From: a virus
Lineage: Duplodnaviria > Caudoviricetes
Length of the DNA: 53,425 nt
Reading direction: 5' to 3' (one strand)
Virus record (IMG/VR): IMGVR_UViG_3300031972_002039
Location: 1-53,425 of that record
The position numbers and the translations under genes are program-made. This document shows, one piece after another, positions 36,466 through 47,000 of the stretch. Below the pieces are notes generated by a model that saw only the letters and a list, made by a program, of their open reading frames with translations, did not search any database and had not been told where the DNA came from. Position 1 is the first letter of the stretch. Each line of letters opens with the position of its first letter.

Positions 36466-37155
36466 ATGGATAGTAAAAAATTATTAGAGGTAATCAATCG
36501 ACTAGTTAAGAGTCAAGTTAAACGGGAACTTAAGAAGCATTCTGAATCAATTAGGGCTGAAATTATCAGTGAGGTTGCAGGTATGTTGAGCTATAGTGAG
36601 CGTAAAATATTGATGGAATTGAGTGAAACCTCGACGCCTAACTTTAGACAACCAATCGACGAGTCATCTGTCGGTGGTGGTACGGATTTCCAGAGGGCTA
36701 TGAAAAATTTAAAGTCAATGCCAAATTACAGGGGTGTTGATAATGTAGAGGCTCCACCGAAGCGTATCACGAGTAATCCACTATTGAACGAAATATTAAA
36801 CGAGACTGAACCACTTACTGGGGAGTTTAACGCTAGTAGTATAATGGATCAATATAGTGGTCACGATGTAGCACAGTTTGACGAACCTTGGGCGAATCAG
36901 CCATCTCAACATCAACCAGTACCAGCACCAATTACCAGAGTGCCAGATACATTACCATCTGACATGACGGGTATAGATGGTAAACCTATCAATTTGGAGA
37001 ATCCAACAGTTCAGAAGGTTATGGATACGTTGATGAACACTAATTTTAAAGAGAAATTTGATCGTATTGCTGAAGCTGGGGATAATTTCAGGGGAGCTGG
37101 TGCCACAGCACCTAGATTTAACACCAAGTATTTCGAAGAAACGACGGTAAACTAA
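36466..37155 (+). CDS. hypothetical virion-module protein
   Basis: NP.LNEILNET motif; follows TATTTAT. Confidence 0.75.
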   Translation: MDSKKLLEVINRLVKSQVKRELKKHSESIRAEIISEVAGMLSYSERKILMELSETSTPNFRQPIDESSVGGGTDFQRAMKNLKSMPNYRGVDNVEAPPKRITSNPLLNEILNETEPLTGEFNASSIMDQYSGHDVAQFDEPWANQPSQHQPVPAPITRVPDTLPSDMTGIDGKPINLENPTVQKVMDTLMNTNFKEKFDRIAEAGDNFRGAGATAPRFNTKYFEETTVN

Positions 37156-37812
37156 ATGAAACTTAAAGAGATATACGAGGATGTTACGTGGATCGATGAA
37201 TCTTTATTAGACGAAGACTATCCCACGAGATGGGATGCTGACGAGTTTAAGAGTCTTACTAGCTTTGCCGCTAGAAAACGGTACGCCGATAATAACTTAC
37301 AGAAGATTAAGGCAGGTTCTGGTAGAATTGTGTATAAAATTGATAACGAGAAGGTGTTGAAGCTATCCAAGAATAAGAAGGGCGTAGCACAGACCCAGAC
37401 CGAAATTGATTGGGGACAGGATTGGTTTTTGAAGAAGAGTGGGGTGTTGGCTGAAATATTTTCATTCGATGAAAATGCGTTGTGGGTAGAGATGGAGTTG
37501 GCTAGAAAATTGACTAAATCTAATTTTAAGCGTATTATTGGTATAGATTTTGACGTGTTCGGTAGTTGGTTAATTAGGGCTTATGAACTTAATAATGGTA
37601 GGAAATCATTTACTAGAAAACCTTCTGAACAGGAGGAAGAATTTTTGTGGGAGAACGAATTTACTAGAGAAGTTATGGAAGTGATGATAAACTATAGCAT
37701 GCCAGCAGGTGACTTGGATAGAGTTAGTTCTTATGGGATAGTTCGTAATGATGAAGTAGTTATCGTCGATTATGGATTGAGTGGTGACGTTTACAATACT
37801 TATTATACGTAG
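37156..37812 (+). CDS. protein-kinase-like fold protein
   Basis: GSGRIVY, VLK, helix Glu, EME, GDL....YG, IVDYG. Confidence 0.6.
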   Translation: MKLKEIYEDVTWIDESLLDEDYPTRWDADEFKSLTSFAARKRYADNNLQKIKAGSGRIVYKIDNEKVLKLSKNKKGVAQTQTEIDWGQDWFLKKSGVLAEIFSFDENALWVEMELARKLTKSNFKRIIGIDFDVFGSWLIRAYELNNGRKSFTRKPSEQEEEFLWENEFTREVMEVMINYSMPAGDLDRVSSYGIVRNDEVVIVDYGLSGDVYNTYYT

Positions 37813-37822
37813 GGGGATATAA

Positions 37823-38308
37823 ATGCCAGTAGCAGTAAAATATTACCCCGAGGATATCGGGAAAGAGTTTGGTACATTAGGAATTAAATTCCCAATGAAC
37901 AATTTGGGTGGTAAATCCAATGGTGGGATGTTCAACATGTCGTACACGACTGAAGAGCAGGCAGTGTCGAATTACGTCAATCTTTTACTAACTAGAAAGG
38001 GTGAGCGTTACATGCAACCTAATTATGGTATAGGAATTCAGGATAGCTTATTCGAGCAGAGTACCGACGTGATACAACAAGATATTGAGTTGGAGATTAA
38101 GCATCAAGCTGGATATTGGTTGCCGTATATTATTAATCATCAAATCTTGGTCAATCTAGGAAGAGATGTGCAGATACCAACACTCGGTGGGGAGTCGGAT
38201 AATGGTATACACGTTGTAATTACATTTAGTGTTACGGAGAGTGGTGCTAATCGAACAATTACTATATTCCAGACGGATGGTATAACAAGATTTGAAATAG
38301 GAAATTAA
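37823..38308 (+). CDS. baseplate wedge protein gp25-like
   Basis: NLLLTRKGERYMQPNYG..I...LFE, WLPYI. Confidence 0.88.
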   Translation: MPVAVKYYPEDIGKEFGTLGIKFPMNNLGGKSNGGMFNMSYTTEEQAVSNYVNLLLTRKGERYMQPNYGIGIQDSLFEQSTDVIQQDIELEIKHQAGYWLPYIINHQILVNLGRDVQIPTLGGESDNGIHVVITFSVTESGANRTITIFQTDGITRFEIGN

Positions 38309-38324
38309 ACAAAGGGAATATAAT

Positions 38325-38612
38325 ATGAGAAAGAAGGATTTGATCGCAAAAGCTAAAGATTTGGGATTATCAGTGACAGGACTTACTGTAACCGAAATTA
38401 AAAAATTATTAAGTAGTACTAGTGGTGAAGAAGCTGACACTGTGGATGAAAATCCAGTAAGTGTTGACGATGCGTCTAAGGAAGAATTGGATGGTGATGT
38501 GGATACTGGTGTCAAAAAACCGATAAACACTCCCAAATCGTCTAAAAAGCTATCACAAACGCAAATTAGGGATCGATCTCACCAGCAAGTACGTAGATTT
38601 TTGGGTAAGTAA
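38325..38612 (+). CDS. hypothetical protein
   Basis: 95 aa, N-terminal small helical motif. Confidence 0.7.
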   Translation: MRKKDLIAKAKDLGLSVTGLTVTEIKKLLSSTSGEEADTVDENPVSVDDASKEELDGDVDTGVKKPINTPKSSKKLSQTQIRDRSHQQVRRFLGK

Positions 38613-38632
38613 TATAAAACGATGGATATACA

Positions 38633-40510
38633 ATGGCGAACTTAGGAAAGTTTAACAGGGAAGTAAAATACATAAATAAAGATTTTTCGGAGTTTAGGAC
38701 TGCGCTAATAAATCATGCGAAGAATTATTTCCCAGACACATATCAGGATTTTAATGAAAGTTCGCCCGGGACGATGTTCATCGAAATGGCAGCTTACGTT
38801 GGTGATGTTATGTCATTTTACGGTGATGTACAACTTCAGGAATCGTTCCTGAACACTGTAGACGAACGTATTAATTTGTATAATCTAGCCCAAGGTATGG
38901 GTTACAAACCGAAGACTGTTGTACCATCGTCTGTTGATCTTGAGATATTTCAGTTGGTACCGTCGATTGGTGAGGGGTCTGACACACGACCTGACTATCG
39001 ATATGCGTTGATTGTCGAGCCTAATATGGTATGTCAAACTTCAGATGCTATAAAATTTAGAACTATTGATGCTGTAGATTTTAGATTTTCGTCATCGTTC
39101 GACCCGACCGAAACCTCGGTCTATTCAGTTACGGATGATGGTGCTATTGAGTATTATCTGTTGAAAAAAAATGTGAAGTCGGTCTCTGGTGAAATTAGAA
39201 CAGCTACATATGAATTTGGCGACCCTAAAAAGTATGACAAAATCGTTTTACCTGACACTAATGTAACTGAAATAATTGATATAGTAGATGGTGATGGGAA
39301 TGTGTGGTATGAAGTTCCATATATGGCGCAGGATTTGGTACCAATATCGGTACGTAATACACCATACAATAATCCGACGTATTCTAAATACCGATCAAGC
39401 GTTCCGTATATTTTATGCTATAAACAAGTAGAGCGTAGGTTCGTGACGCGAATGCGGAAGGATGAACTGCTAGAGCTACAATTTGGTGCAGGTTTATCGT
39501 CAGAAGCTGACGAAGAGATCGTCCCGAATCCATTCAATGTAGCATTGGGGTTAGACTATTTCGAACGTGTCGTAGATGTATCGATTGATCCACTGAATTT
39601 TTTATACACACGTACATATGGTACTGCACCAAATAACACAACGTTGACCATTCGATATAGTGTGGCTAATGGATTGGTTGATAATGTAAATTCTTCTACA
39701 ATTTCGGAAATCGTAACGTCGGAAATAATCAATCCGTCTGAGACTTTAGACTCAAATGTGTTAACTACGATCCGTGATAGTTTAGCAATCAACAATGTAA
39801 ATCCAGCATTTGGTGGGGCTAATAAGAAACCACTTGAGGTTATTAGGCAGGAAGCTATTGCGAACTTTGCAGCACAAAACCGTGCAGTAACAAAGGAAGA
39901 TTATATTCTTAGATGTTTCACTATGCCAGCTAAGTTTGGATCAATCGCTAAGGCGTATATCGAACAGGATGAGCAAAAAAACAGATGGAATGATGAAATG
40001 CGGGCAAACCCATTTTCACTTAATTTGTATATTTTGGGGTATGACGCTGATAAGCGGTTCGTACCAGTAAACGAAGTTATTCAAGAAAACTTAAGAAATT
40101 ACTTAAAACAGTATAGATTGATGACGGATGCGGTTAATATTAAAACGCCGTTTGTTGTGAATGTTGGTATTGATTTTGAAATTATAACGAGACCTCAAGA
40201 AAACTCTAACGAGGTTTTACTAAGGTGTGTGGAGAAACTTTCACGAATGTTCGCACCTGATAAGATGGAGATTAATCAACCAGTTTTGATATCTAAGGTG
40301 TATACGGAGATAGATTCTGTAGATGGCGTACAAACCGTTCAAAAAGTTGAATTTGTAAATCTGTTCGATATGAATCAGGGATATTCTGGTAATGTGTACG
40401 ATATAGAGACAGCGACTAGAAATGGTATTTTGTATCCAAGTCTAGACCCGATGATTTTTGAAGTGAAATATCCTAAGCGGGATATTAAAGGGAGAGTGAA
40501 CGATCTATAA
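38633..40510 (+). CDS. baseplate wedge subunit (gp6/baseplate J-like)
   Basis: KDF..FR..L, DFNESSPG.MFIE..AYVGD, GYKP, QFG.G, QNRAVT.EDY. Confidence 0.88.
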   Translation: MANLGKFNREVKYINKDFSEFRTALINHAKNYFPDTYQDFNESSPGTMFIEMAAYVGDVMSFYGDVQLQESFLNTVDERINLYNLAQGMGYKPKTVVPSSVDLEIFQLVPSIGEGSDTRPDYRYALIVEPNMVCQTSDAIKFRTIDAVDFRFSSSFDPTETSVYSVTDDGAIEYYLLKKNVKSVSGEIRTATYEFGDPKKYDKIVLPDTNVTEIIDIVDGDGNVWYEVPYMAQDLVPISVRNTPYNNPTYSKYRSSVPYILCYKQVERRFVTRMRKDELLELQFGAGLSSEADEEIVPNPFNVALGLDYFERVVDVSIDPLNFLYTRTYGTAPNNTTLTIRYSVANGLVDNVNSSTISEIVTSEIINPSETLDSNVLTTIRDSLAINNVNPAFGGANKKPLEVIRQEAIANFAAQNRAVTKEDYILRCFTMPAKFGSIAKAYIEQDEQKNRWNDEMRANPFSLNLYILGYDADKRFVPVNEVIQENLRNYLKQYRLMTDAVNIKTPFVVNVGIDFEIITRPQENSNEVLLRCVEKLSRMFAPDKMEINQPVLISKVYTEIDSVDGVQTVQKVEFVNLFDMNQGYSGNVYDIETATRNGILYPSLDPMIFEVKYPKRDIKGRVNDL

Positions 40511-40524
40511 CTTAATAAAAATGT

Positions 40525-40803
40525 GTGATGAATATGAAAAATAAAAATATAGCTGGCAATGTTAAAAGGCAACAACCTCTAGATGAAGCACGGGCACCTA
40601 CTCCTCGTTATTCCATGAAGAAATGGTGGAAAAACGACCCAGAAATACTATTAAATTATGTTTATTGGGCTAACAATAAGCCTGTTCCAACTGATAGTGA
40701 ACTGAAGAGAAAGGCGTGGGAGAAGGTAGTTAATAAATTGGATTCTAGAAAACCAGCCCCAGACGGTGAATATGATAAGGCAATGCAGCACATATTCAGA
40801 TAA
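40525..40803 (+). CDS. hypothetical protein
   Basis: 92-aa ORF. Confidence 0.65.
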   Translation: MMNMKNKNIAGNVKRQQPLDEARAPTPRYSMKKWWKNDPEILLNYVYWANNKPVPTDSELKRKAWEKVVNKLDSRKPAPDGEYDKAMQHIFR

Positions 40804-40820
40804 AAACTAAATACTAGATT

Positions 40821-41195
40821 ATGAAACAGCTAATGAAACTATACGAAGCAATCCTCTACGACCGAGAAGATATGCCACAGGTGGACGACATCCCAAGGGC
40901 TATAAAAGATATGAAGGAGATGGGGGTTGAGATTTCTAGAGAGCGAATAACTCCAGCAGAAATGAAACCAAGTCAAACTACGTTAGACATGGAGAAGGTA
41001 GAATCTATAGCTAAAGATATTTCAATTAAGACGATGAAGCCAATTGTAGTGTCATTGGACAATCATATAGTAGATGGTCACCATCGGTGGGCTGGATTAA
41101 AGGAAGCTGGTCATGAGAATGATAAAGTACCAGTGTATGTAATAAAACTAAACCGTCGAATGGCTATACAGACGTATAACGAGGTAGTAAAATGA
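40821..41195 (+). CDS. ParB/Srx-like N-terminal domain protein
   Basis: PSQ, PIVVS.D..IVDGHHRW. Confidence 0.8.
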   Translation: MKQLMKLYEAILYDREDMPQVDDIPRAIKDMKEMGVEISRERITPAEMKPSQTTLDMEKVESIAKDISIKTMKPIVVSLDNHIVDGHHRWAGLKEAGHENDKVPVYVIKLNRRMAIQTYNEVVK

Positions 41196-42172
41196 AATTG
41201 ATGGAAATATATAATATGATCGTTGAAGGATCGTCATCTGAGGTGTTCCATAAGACGTATCTACAAAACATATTGTCAATACTGAAGAGTGACGAGATCA
41301 GGTTATCTTCCGTCGCTGGTAGTGGGGCGGATCGAGATAAAAATGCTGGGAGGATGTTTTTCCTATCAACTGCTAGGTCTAGATCATCCACGTACTTTAG
41401 GTCAGTTGGGGATTATACGGTATTATTGACGCTTGATGGTCGTAAGCTAAATAATTTAGTGAAATCAGTTCCAGTTGATTACTGGGGGTATCAAAATAAA
41501 TTAGACGTGAACGGTAGTGATGAAATGGAAGATCGATTTGTTAGTGATAAGCAGACGATACCAAATGCGTCTAAATATATAACGAAGATTGAAATATTAT
41601 TACCAAATAAACGGGAGAAGAAAATTGATTATATCGACCGAAAAGTTATGTTACCGTACTCCAAAATGTCAGACGAGGAAATCGAGAAGGCTAGGGGAGC
41701 GTTCTTGTTGGACACTATAAACCCTAGAGAGGCTGAACGTTTACGTCACATATTACTCATAGCTAAGCGGAAAAGTATACCAGTTTTTGTGTATGTTAAT
41801 GAAAAAGCGTTTAGATATGGTAAGAATGCTATGAGTATTCCAATACCTATTGATAAGTTAAAGGGTCGTAGTGAATATCCAGACCGTGGCGATCGTGGTC
41901 GATTGTGGAGTTCTTTTACGAGGTGGTATGATTTATATTATAAAGACGACGTTGAAGACTTAGATTATGAAACTAAAAATATGCTTCGATATATAGTTAG
42001 TGGTCATAATAGTGAATATATTAGGTCGTTACAAAATGACATACATAACGACCGTAACGGTAGTAACAGGTATGTAAACAGGTTGATCAAAATGGTGCAG
42101 AAACACGGTGGTACTGTGAAAAGTTTTGTCGAGTATTTGGCTGATAAATGGAAGGGTAAATTAAATGTTTAA
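41192..42172 (+). CDS. hypothetical protein
   Basis: 326 aa; FH.T, FFLSTARS, LDG..L, EMEDR. Confidence 0.75.
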   Translation: MKLMEIYNMIVEGSSSEVFHKTYLQNILSILKSDEIRLSSVAGSGADRDKNAGRMFFLSTARSRSSTYFRSVGDYTVLLTLDGRKLNNLVKSVPVDYWGYQNKLDVNGSDEMEDRFVSDKQTIPNASKYITKIEILLPNKREKKIDYIDRKVMLPYSKMSDEEIEKARGAFLLDTINPREAERLRHILLIAKRKSIPVFVYVNEKAFRYGKNAMSIPIPIDKLKGRSEYPDRGDRGRLWSSFTRWYDLYYKDDVEDLDYETKNMLRYIVSGHNSEYIRSLQNDIHNDRNGSNRYVNRLIKMVQKHGGTVKSFVEYLADKWKGKLNV

Positions 42173-43253
42173 AACACTATTCCCGACTAGGGACACTACA
42201 CTATATTCGAGACATCCAGAAAGAAACACTGGGGCTGATCAGATATTGGAGCTCACGAAAGTTGCTAGTGGATCGGCAATTGAAGATGTGATAGGGTCTC
42301 ATGAATATTGGGACACAAATTTTAATACTCGATTTTTAATTGATTTTGATCTAGCTGAAGTCTCGGCATCGATTTCATCGGGTGATATTGTCAATCCAAC
42401 GTTCTACTTGACTGTCAAGGCTACTGAAGCTATCCACTTACCTATATCGTATACATTATACGCATACCCAGTATCTGGGAGTTGGGTTAATGGGACTGGT
42501 TATTACAATAATGATGTGGAAGTACAGAATGGTGCTACGTGGATATATCGTAATGGTGCTGGTGATGGAACTCAGTGGAGTGTTGCTGGTGGTGATTTTT
42601 ATTCAGCGTCTGTGTATGAAAACTCACAAACATTTAACTATGAACAGCCAGATATGCGGATGGACGTTACTAGTATTGTAAATGCTTGGATATCTGGGTC
42701 TATACCACAAAATGGTATAATAGTCAAACATCATACTACGGTAGAGAACGATGGTACTGAGTTAGGGTCAATTAAATTCTTTAGTAAGGACACCCATACT
42801 ATCTATATTCCTAGATTAGAAATTTTCTGGGATGACGTTGACGTTTCAGGAACTGGTAGTGTGTCGGAAATTTCTGGTGAGGATTATATTGTTTACACAA
42901 ATAATTTGAAAGAATCGTATTTTGAGGGGGAGACTCCAAAAATAAGAATTGGCGTTCGGGATAGATTCCCAATCAAATCATATTCTACGACGAACGCATA
43001 TTTGACAACATCTAGACTTCCATTTGATTCACACTTTCAGGTGATGGATAGTAGAACTGATGAAGTAATAATCCCATTTGATGATGTGGGTACTCGAGTA
43101 TCGTGTGACGCATCTGGAAATTACATACGATTAGATATTGATTCTTTCTTACCTGAACGATATTATAAGGTAATGATTCGAGTGACCACCGATGGTGGTA
43201 GCACGGTCAATTATGTGGATGATGGGTTTTGGTTTAAAGTGAAACGAAAATGA
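42165..43253 (+). CDS. virion structural protein (DNRLRE-like domain)
   Basis: DTTLY...NTG.D..L, R.LI.FDL, W..GTG, F.S.DT..IY.P.L. Confidence 0.7.
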   Translation: MFKTLFPTRDTTLYSRHPERNTGADQILELTKVASGSAIEDVIGSHEYWDTNFNTRFLIDFDLAEVSASISSGDIVNPTFYLTVKATEAIHLPISYTLYAYPVSGSWVNGTGYYNNDVEVQNGATWIYRNGAGDGTQWSVAGGDFYSASVYENSQTFNYEQPDMRMDVTSIVNAWISGSIPQNGIIVKHHTTVENDGTELGSIKFFSKDTHTIYIPRLEIFWDDVDVSGTGSVSEISGEDYIVYTNNLKESYFEGETPKIRIGVRDRFPIKSYSTTNAYLTTSRLPFDSHFQVMDSRTDEVIIPFDDVGTRVSCDASGNYIRLDIDSFLPERYYKVMIRVTTDGGSTVNYVDDGFWFKVKRK

Positions 43254-44050
43254 TGAAAACAATTAACGGGATAAAATATACAACTAGGGTTGAGAGTAGT
43301 GCTACTCTTATTGAAATTCCTAAAGAGGGACAGACTCCATTACCAGAGTCACAGGAATTGATAAACCAACGAAGTTATCAAATGAGTGAACGTAATGGTG
43401 TCAACGCATACATTATACCTACTGATAAGGAGAGGGTGTATTTGAATTTTATAGCGCAGAAAGTATCGGTGAGTGATCAACAGTTGAATGAAATTATCCA
43501 ACCAGAATTTGAATATTTCCTAGATGCTGAAGAACCTACTATTGGATTGTTCACATTAGCTGATGGGATTATATTTAGGTGTGTTTCAGCGGATTCAGTT
43601 CCAATGTCTAAAGAAGACTATACATATTTCATAATGATGAACGGCATGGTTAAAACTATTCCTAACTATAAAACACTAGAGGTTATGCTAGCTGAGCGTG
43701 GGCAGAATTTACTATCAGTTAGAGTACTTGAACAGCAACAATGTGATGAATTGCCAAAAGACACCACACCAATATCCGATAAAACTAGTGCGTGGAATGA
43801 AGATTATGCTGATATGACTACAATCGAGCGACTTAGAGAATTGGAAAATAACGCTAAAGAAGCTAGTGAAATTGCTGAAGCTGCTAAAGAGTCTGCGGAA
43901 GAACAAATAGAAGCTGTTAAAGCGCAGGCAGCGGCAAGTGCGGCAGCACAAGCGGCGGCGGAAGCCCAAGCTGCAGCAGCACAAGCAGCAAGTGAGGCTG
44001 CTATAGCTGAAGCTAATGCAGCAAGTGCTGAAGCTGGAATTGGCGAATAA
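43250..44050 (+). CDS. hypothetical protein with Ala-rich C-terminal coiled coil
   Basis: AQAAASAAAQAAAEAQAAAAQAASEAA tail. Confidence 0.8.
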   Translation: MMKTINGIKYTTRVESSATLIEIPKEGQTPLPESQELINQRSYQMSERNGVNAYIIPTDKERVYLNFIAQKVSVSDQQLNEIIQPEFEYFLDAEEPTIGLFTLADGIIFRCVSADSVPMSKEDYTYFIMMNGMVKTIPNYKTLEVMLAERGQNLLSVRVLEQQQCDELPKDTTPISDKTSAWNEDYADMTTIERLRELENNAKEASEIAEAAKESAEEQIEAVKAQAAASAAAQAAAEAQAAAAQAASEAAIAEANAASAEAGIGE

Positions 44051-44075
44051 TTAGACGAAACGTGAACATAATAAT

Positions 44076-47000
44076 ATGAGCTTAACAAGATATGAAAACG
44101 AAGACATTATTGTCCAACTGACTCAACCTCAGTATGGTCAGATATTCTCGCAGCAAGATTTAGACATCTTACCGCATGCATATCTAATTCCAGATGATCC
44201 AAATTTTGTAAAATCAAATATAAGTCAAGTTCACATATATTCGTTCTATGGAAATTATATTGCTGGTGATCATGATGCTAGTTATCTAATCCACGATCCA
44301 CATACCAATTCATTACTAATGGATTTGGGGGAAACTTTCAGGGAAGCAAATATTCTAAGAGGAAGTTATATCGTGGCAATGAACTTGTTCAAACAAGTTT
44401 GGGGTCATCCAGATTCCCACACTGTCTATATTCGTGAGATAAGTCCAGATCGTACCGAGGTTAAACTATCAGTTCCATCCAAATTTATGGGTGAGCTCGA
44501 TCAGTTTAAGATGATGGTTGAGGACTTGAAATCTCAAGATATTTTCAATAATTTAGTTATTGATTTTGGATTCAACAGGGTATCAAAAATTACACTCATC
44601 AAATTTGATAAAGATGATCCAAGCGTAATTTATTTGAAATTGTACAACCCGTTGAATGATGAGTTGGAAGAAAAGGTAACAGGATGGTTCGGATTCGAAA
44701 CTATGAATCCATATGTTGATACTGTTATATTATCAAGTCCGATCGAATCTGCTGCAACGAATACATTGCGTGGTGCTAACTACGACATTGATACGACTGA
44801 GTGGTCTTCCAATTCTACGGTATTCAAAAGTTGGAACGATTTACTAGACACGGACGCTACAACATCTCAACGTGTTATTGATATGACACTGTCAGGATCA
44901 GCGTCTGCTAGATTGAATATAGATTACACCGATTTTAACAACTACATATTTTATTCTTCTGCAGAGGAGAGGGTAAAAAATTTTAGATATAAAGTTGGAC
45001 TGACTGAAACATACCAATCTAGTATTGATACGTTACAAAACTCTACCGCATCTAATAGTCAGTTTGTGAGTAGTTCGGTGAGTACTTTTCAGAAACGGAT
45101 CAACACTATAACGTCAGCATTCGATTCATTCGAGCGGTGGATGTACTACAGTGATACTGCATCGATATTTACCCATGATATTTCTGGATCGATTACACCA
45201 TACCCGAAATACCTAAGTGGGGGTAAGTATGTGTTACATCCGACTACTAGTAGTATATCTACTAACTGGTATAATGGTCTAGTAGCTTCCGCATCGTCTT
45301 ATGATTCACAAAATCATAACAGACTTTGGTGGTCGATACCTGAACATGTATTGATGGATGAAGGTAACAGCGATTATGTTTTATTCGTTGAGATGGTTGG
45401 TCAACATTTTGATAATCTATACTCATATACAAGGGCTTTAACACAAATACATGAACGTGACGAACACCCAGAGCGGGGAGTTTCTAACGACTTATTATAC
45501 CATGTGGCGAAATCTTTTGGGTGGAAATTACAAAATACCAAACAACTATCAGACCTTTGGTTTTATAAAGCTGGTACGAATAGTCAGGGTGAATACGAAT
45601 CTACTGGGTCATTATTTAGTACGAGTCATGAGAATCAGACACAGCAGATATGGAGACGTATTGTAAATAACTTACCATACCTACTGAAGACAAAGGGAAC
45701 TACTAGATCGGTTAAGGCACTTATGTCGATCTACGGGATACCACAGACATTGATTTCAGTGAAAGAGTACGGTGGTCCGGCTCAATCAGGGAATAAGCCA
45801 CAATCTATTGAAGATCGATTTGCCTATGCATTAAATTTCGACGGGAATCAATACGTCAGTATGGATAGAAATCCGTACGAATTGTTTGACACCGTCGCTG
45901 GCGATTTACCACAGACGCAAGTATTTAGATTTAATACGATGTATTCTGGGTCGGCAATGACGTTACACTCTATTGGTAGTTCTGGAACAGGTCATTTTGA
46001 TTTGACATTACGGCACGCATTAGAATTGACTGGAACGTCATCGTTTTCTGGATCGGAAGCGTACGGTAGATTGGAATGGAATTTGAATGGCGACGGCACG
46101 GTCGTGACCGAGATGCTACCACTATACGATGGTGATATGTGGACAGTTCGAATGTGGACAAATAACCCAGTCACGTCGTCAACATCTCAGGAGACATTCA
46201 ATCTAGAAGTTGCTAGGGCTGATGACTGTACTGGGGGAACTTACATACTCAGTGGTAGTGGTGAATTATTGGTAACTGCATCTGGAGCATTCAGTCAATT
46301 CAGGGCATCGAATCGGGTATATCTTGGTACTGATGGGACATCTGGTGGTGACGCTGTCAATGGTTTTTCTGGATCAATTCAAGGGTTTAAAGAATATTAC
46401 ACAGATATTGGTAAGACTGTATTTGACGAGCATGTACTAAATCCTGCGGCATATCACGTATACAACCCTACGTCGTCGTATGACTACCTATATCGTTATT
46501 TCCCACTAGGTGGTGATGTTATTAGATACGATCATACAACTACAACACAAGTTTCATCGTCCCATCCAAACAGAACTAAGAACTTTGAAACTGTTGCAAC
46601 GTTTAACAATTTCGCTGGAGATCAGGACGACCAGTACAGATCGTTCAGGGAAACATATTACGCGTATACGCCATCGATTGGTGCCACGAATGTCCGTAAC
46701 AACAAAATCAGGATGGAATCTAGTGTATTGACACGGGATTTATCACCAACCGCAAGGGCTGAAAAATCTGATTACGATCTAGCGTCTAACGACACGAACA
46801 GGTTGGCTGTAGTATTTTCAATGGCTGATCAAGTAAATCGTGATGTGTATAATCATATGGGATTTGATGAATTAGACCAGTGGATTGCTGATCCTGATTT
46901 AGAGTGTGCAAATGAATATTCTGAATTGAAGCGATTTAGTGATGCGTATTTTAAAAAGTATACTCAAAAGAACGATATAAATGCGTTCATTCGAATCTTA

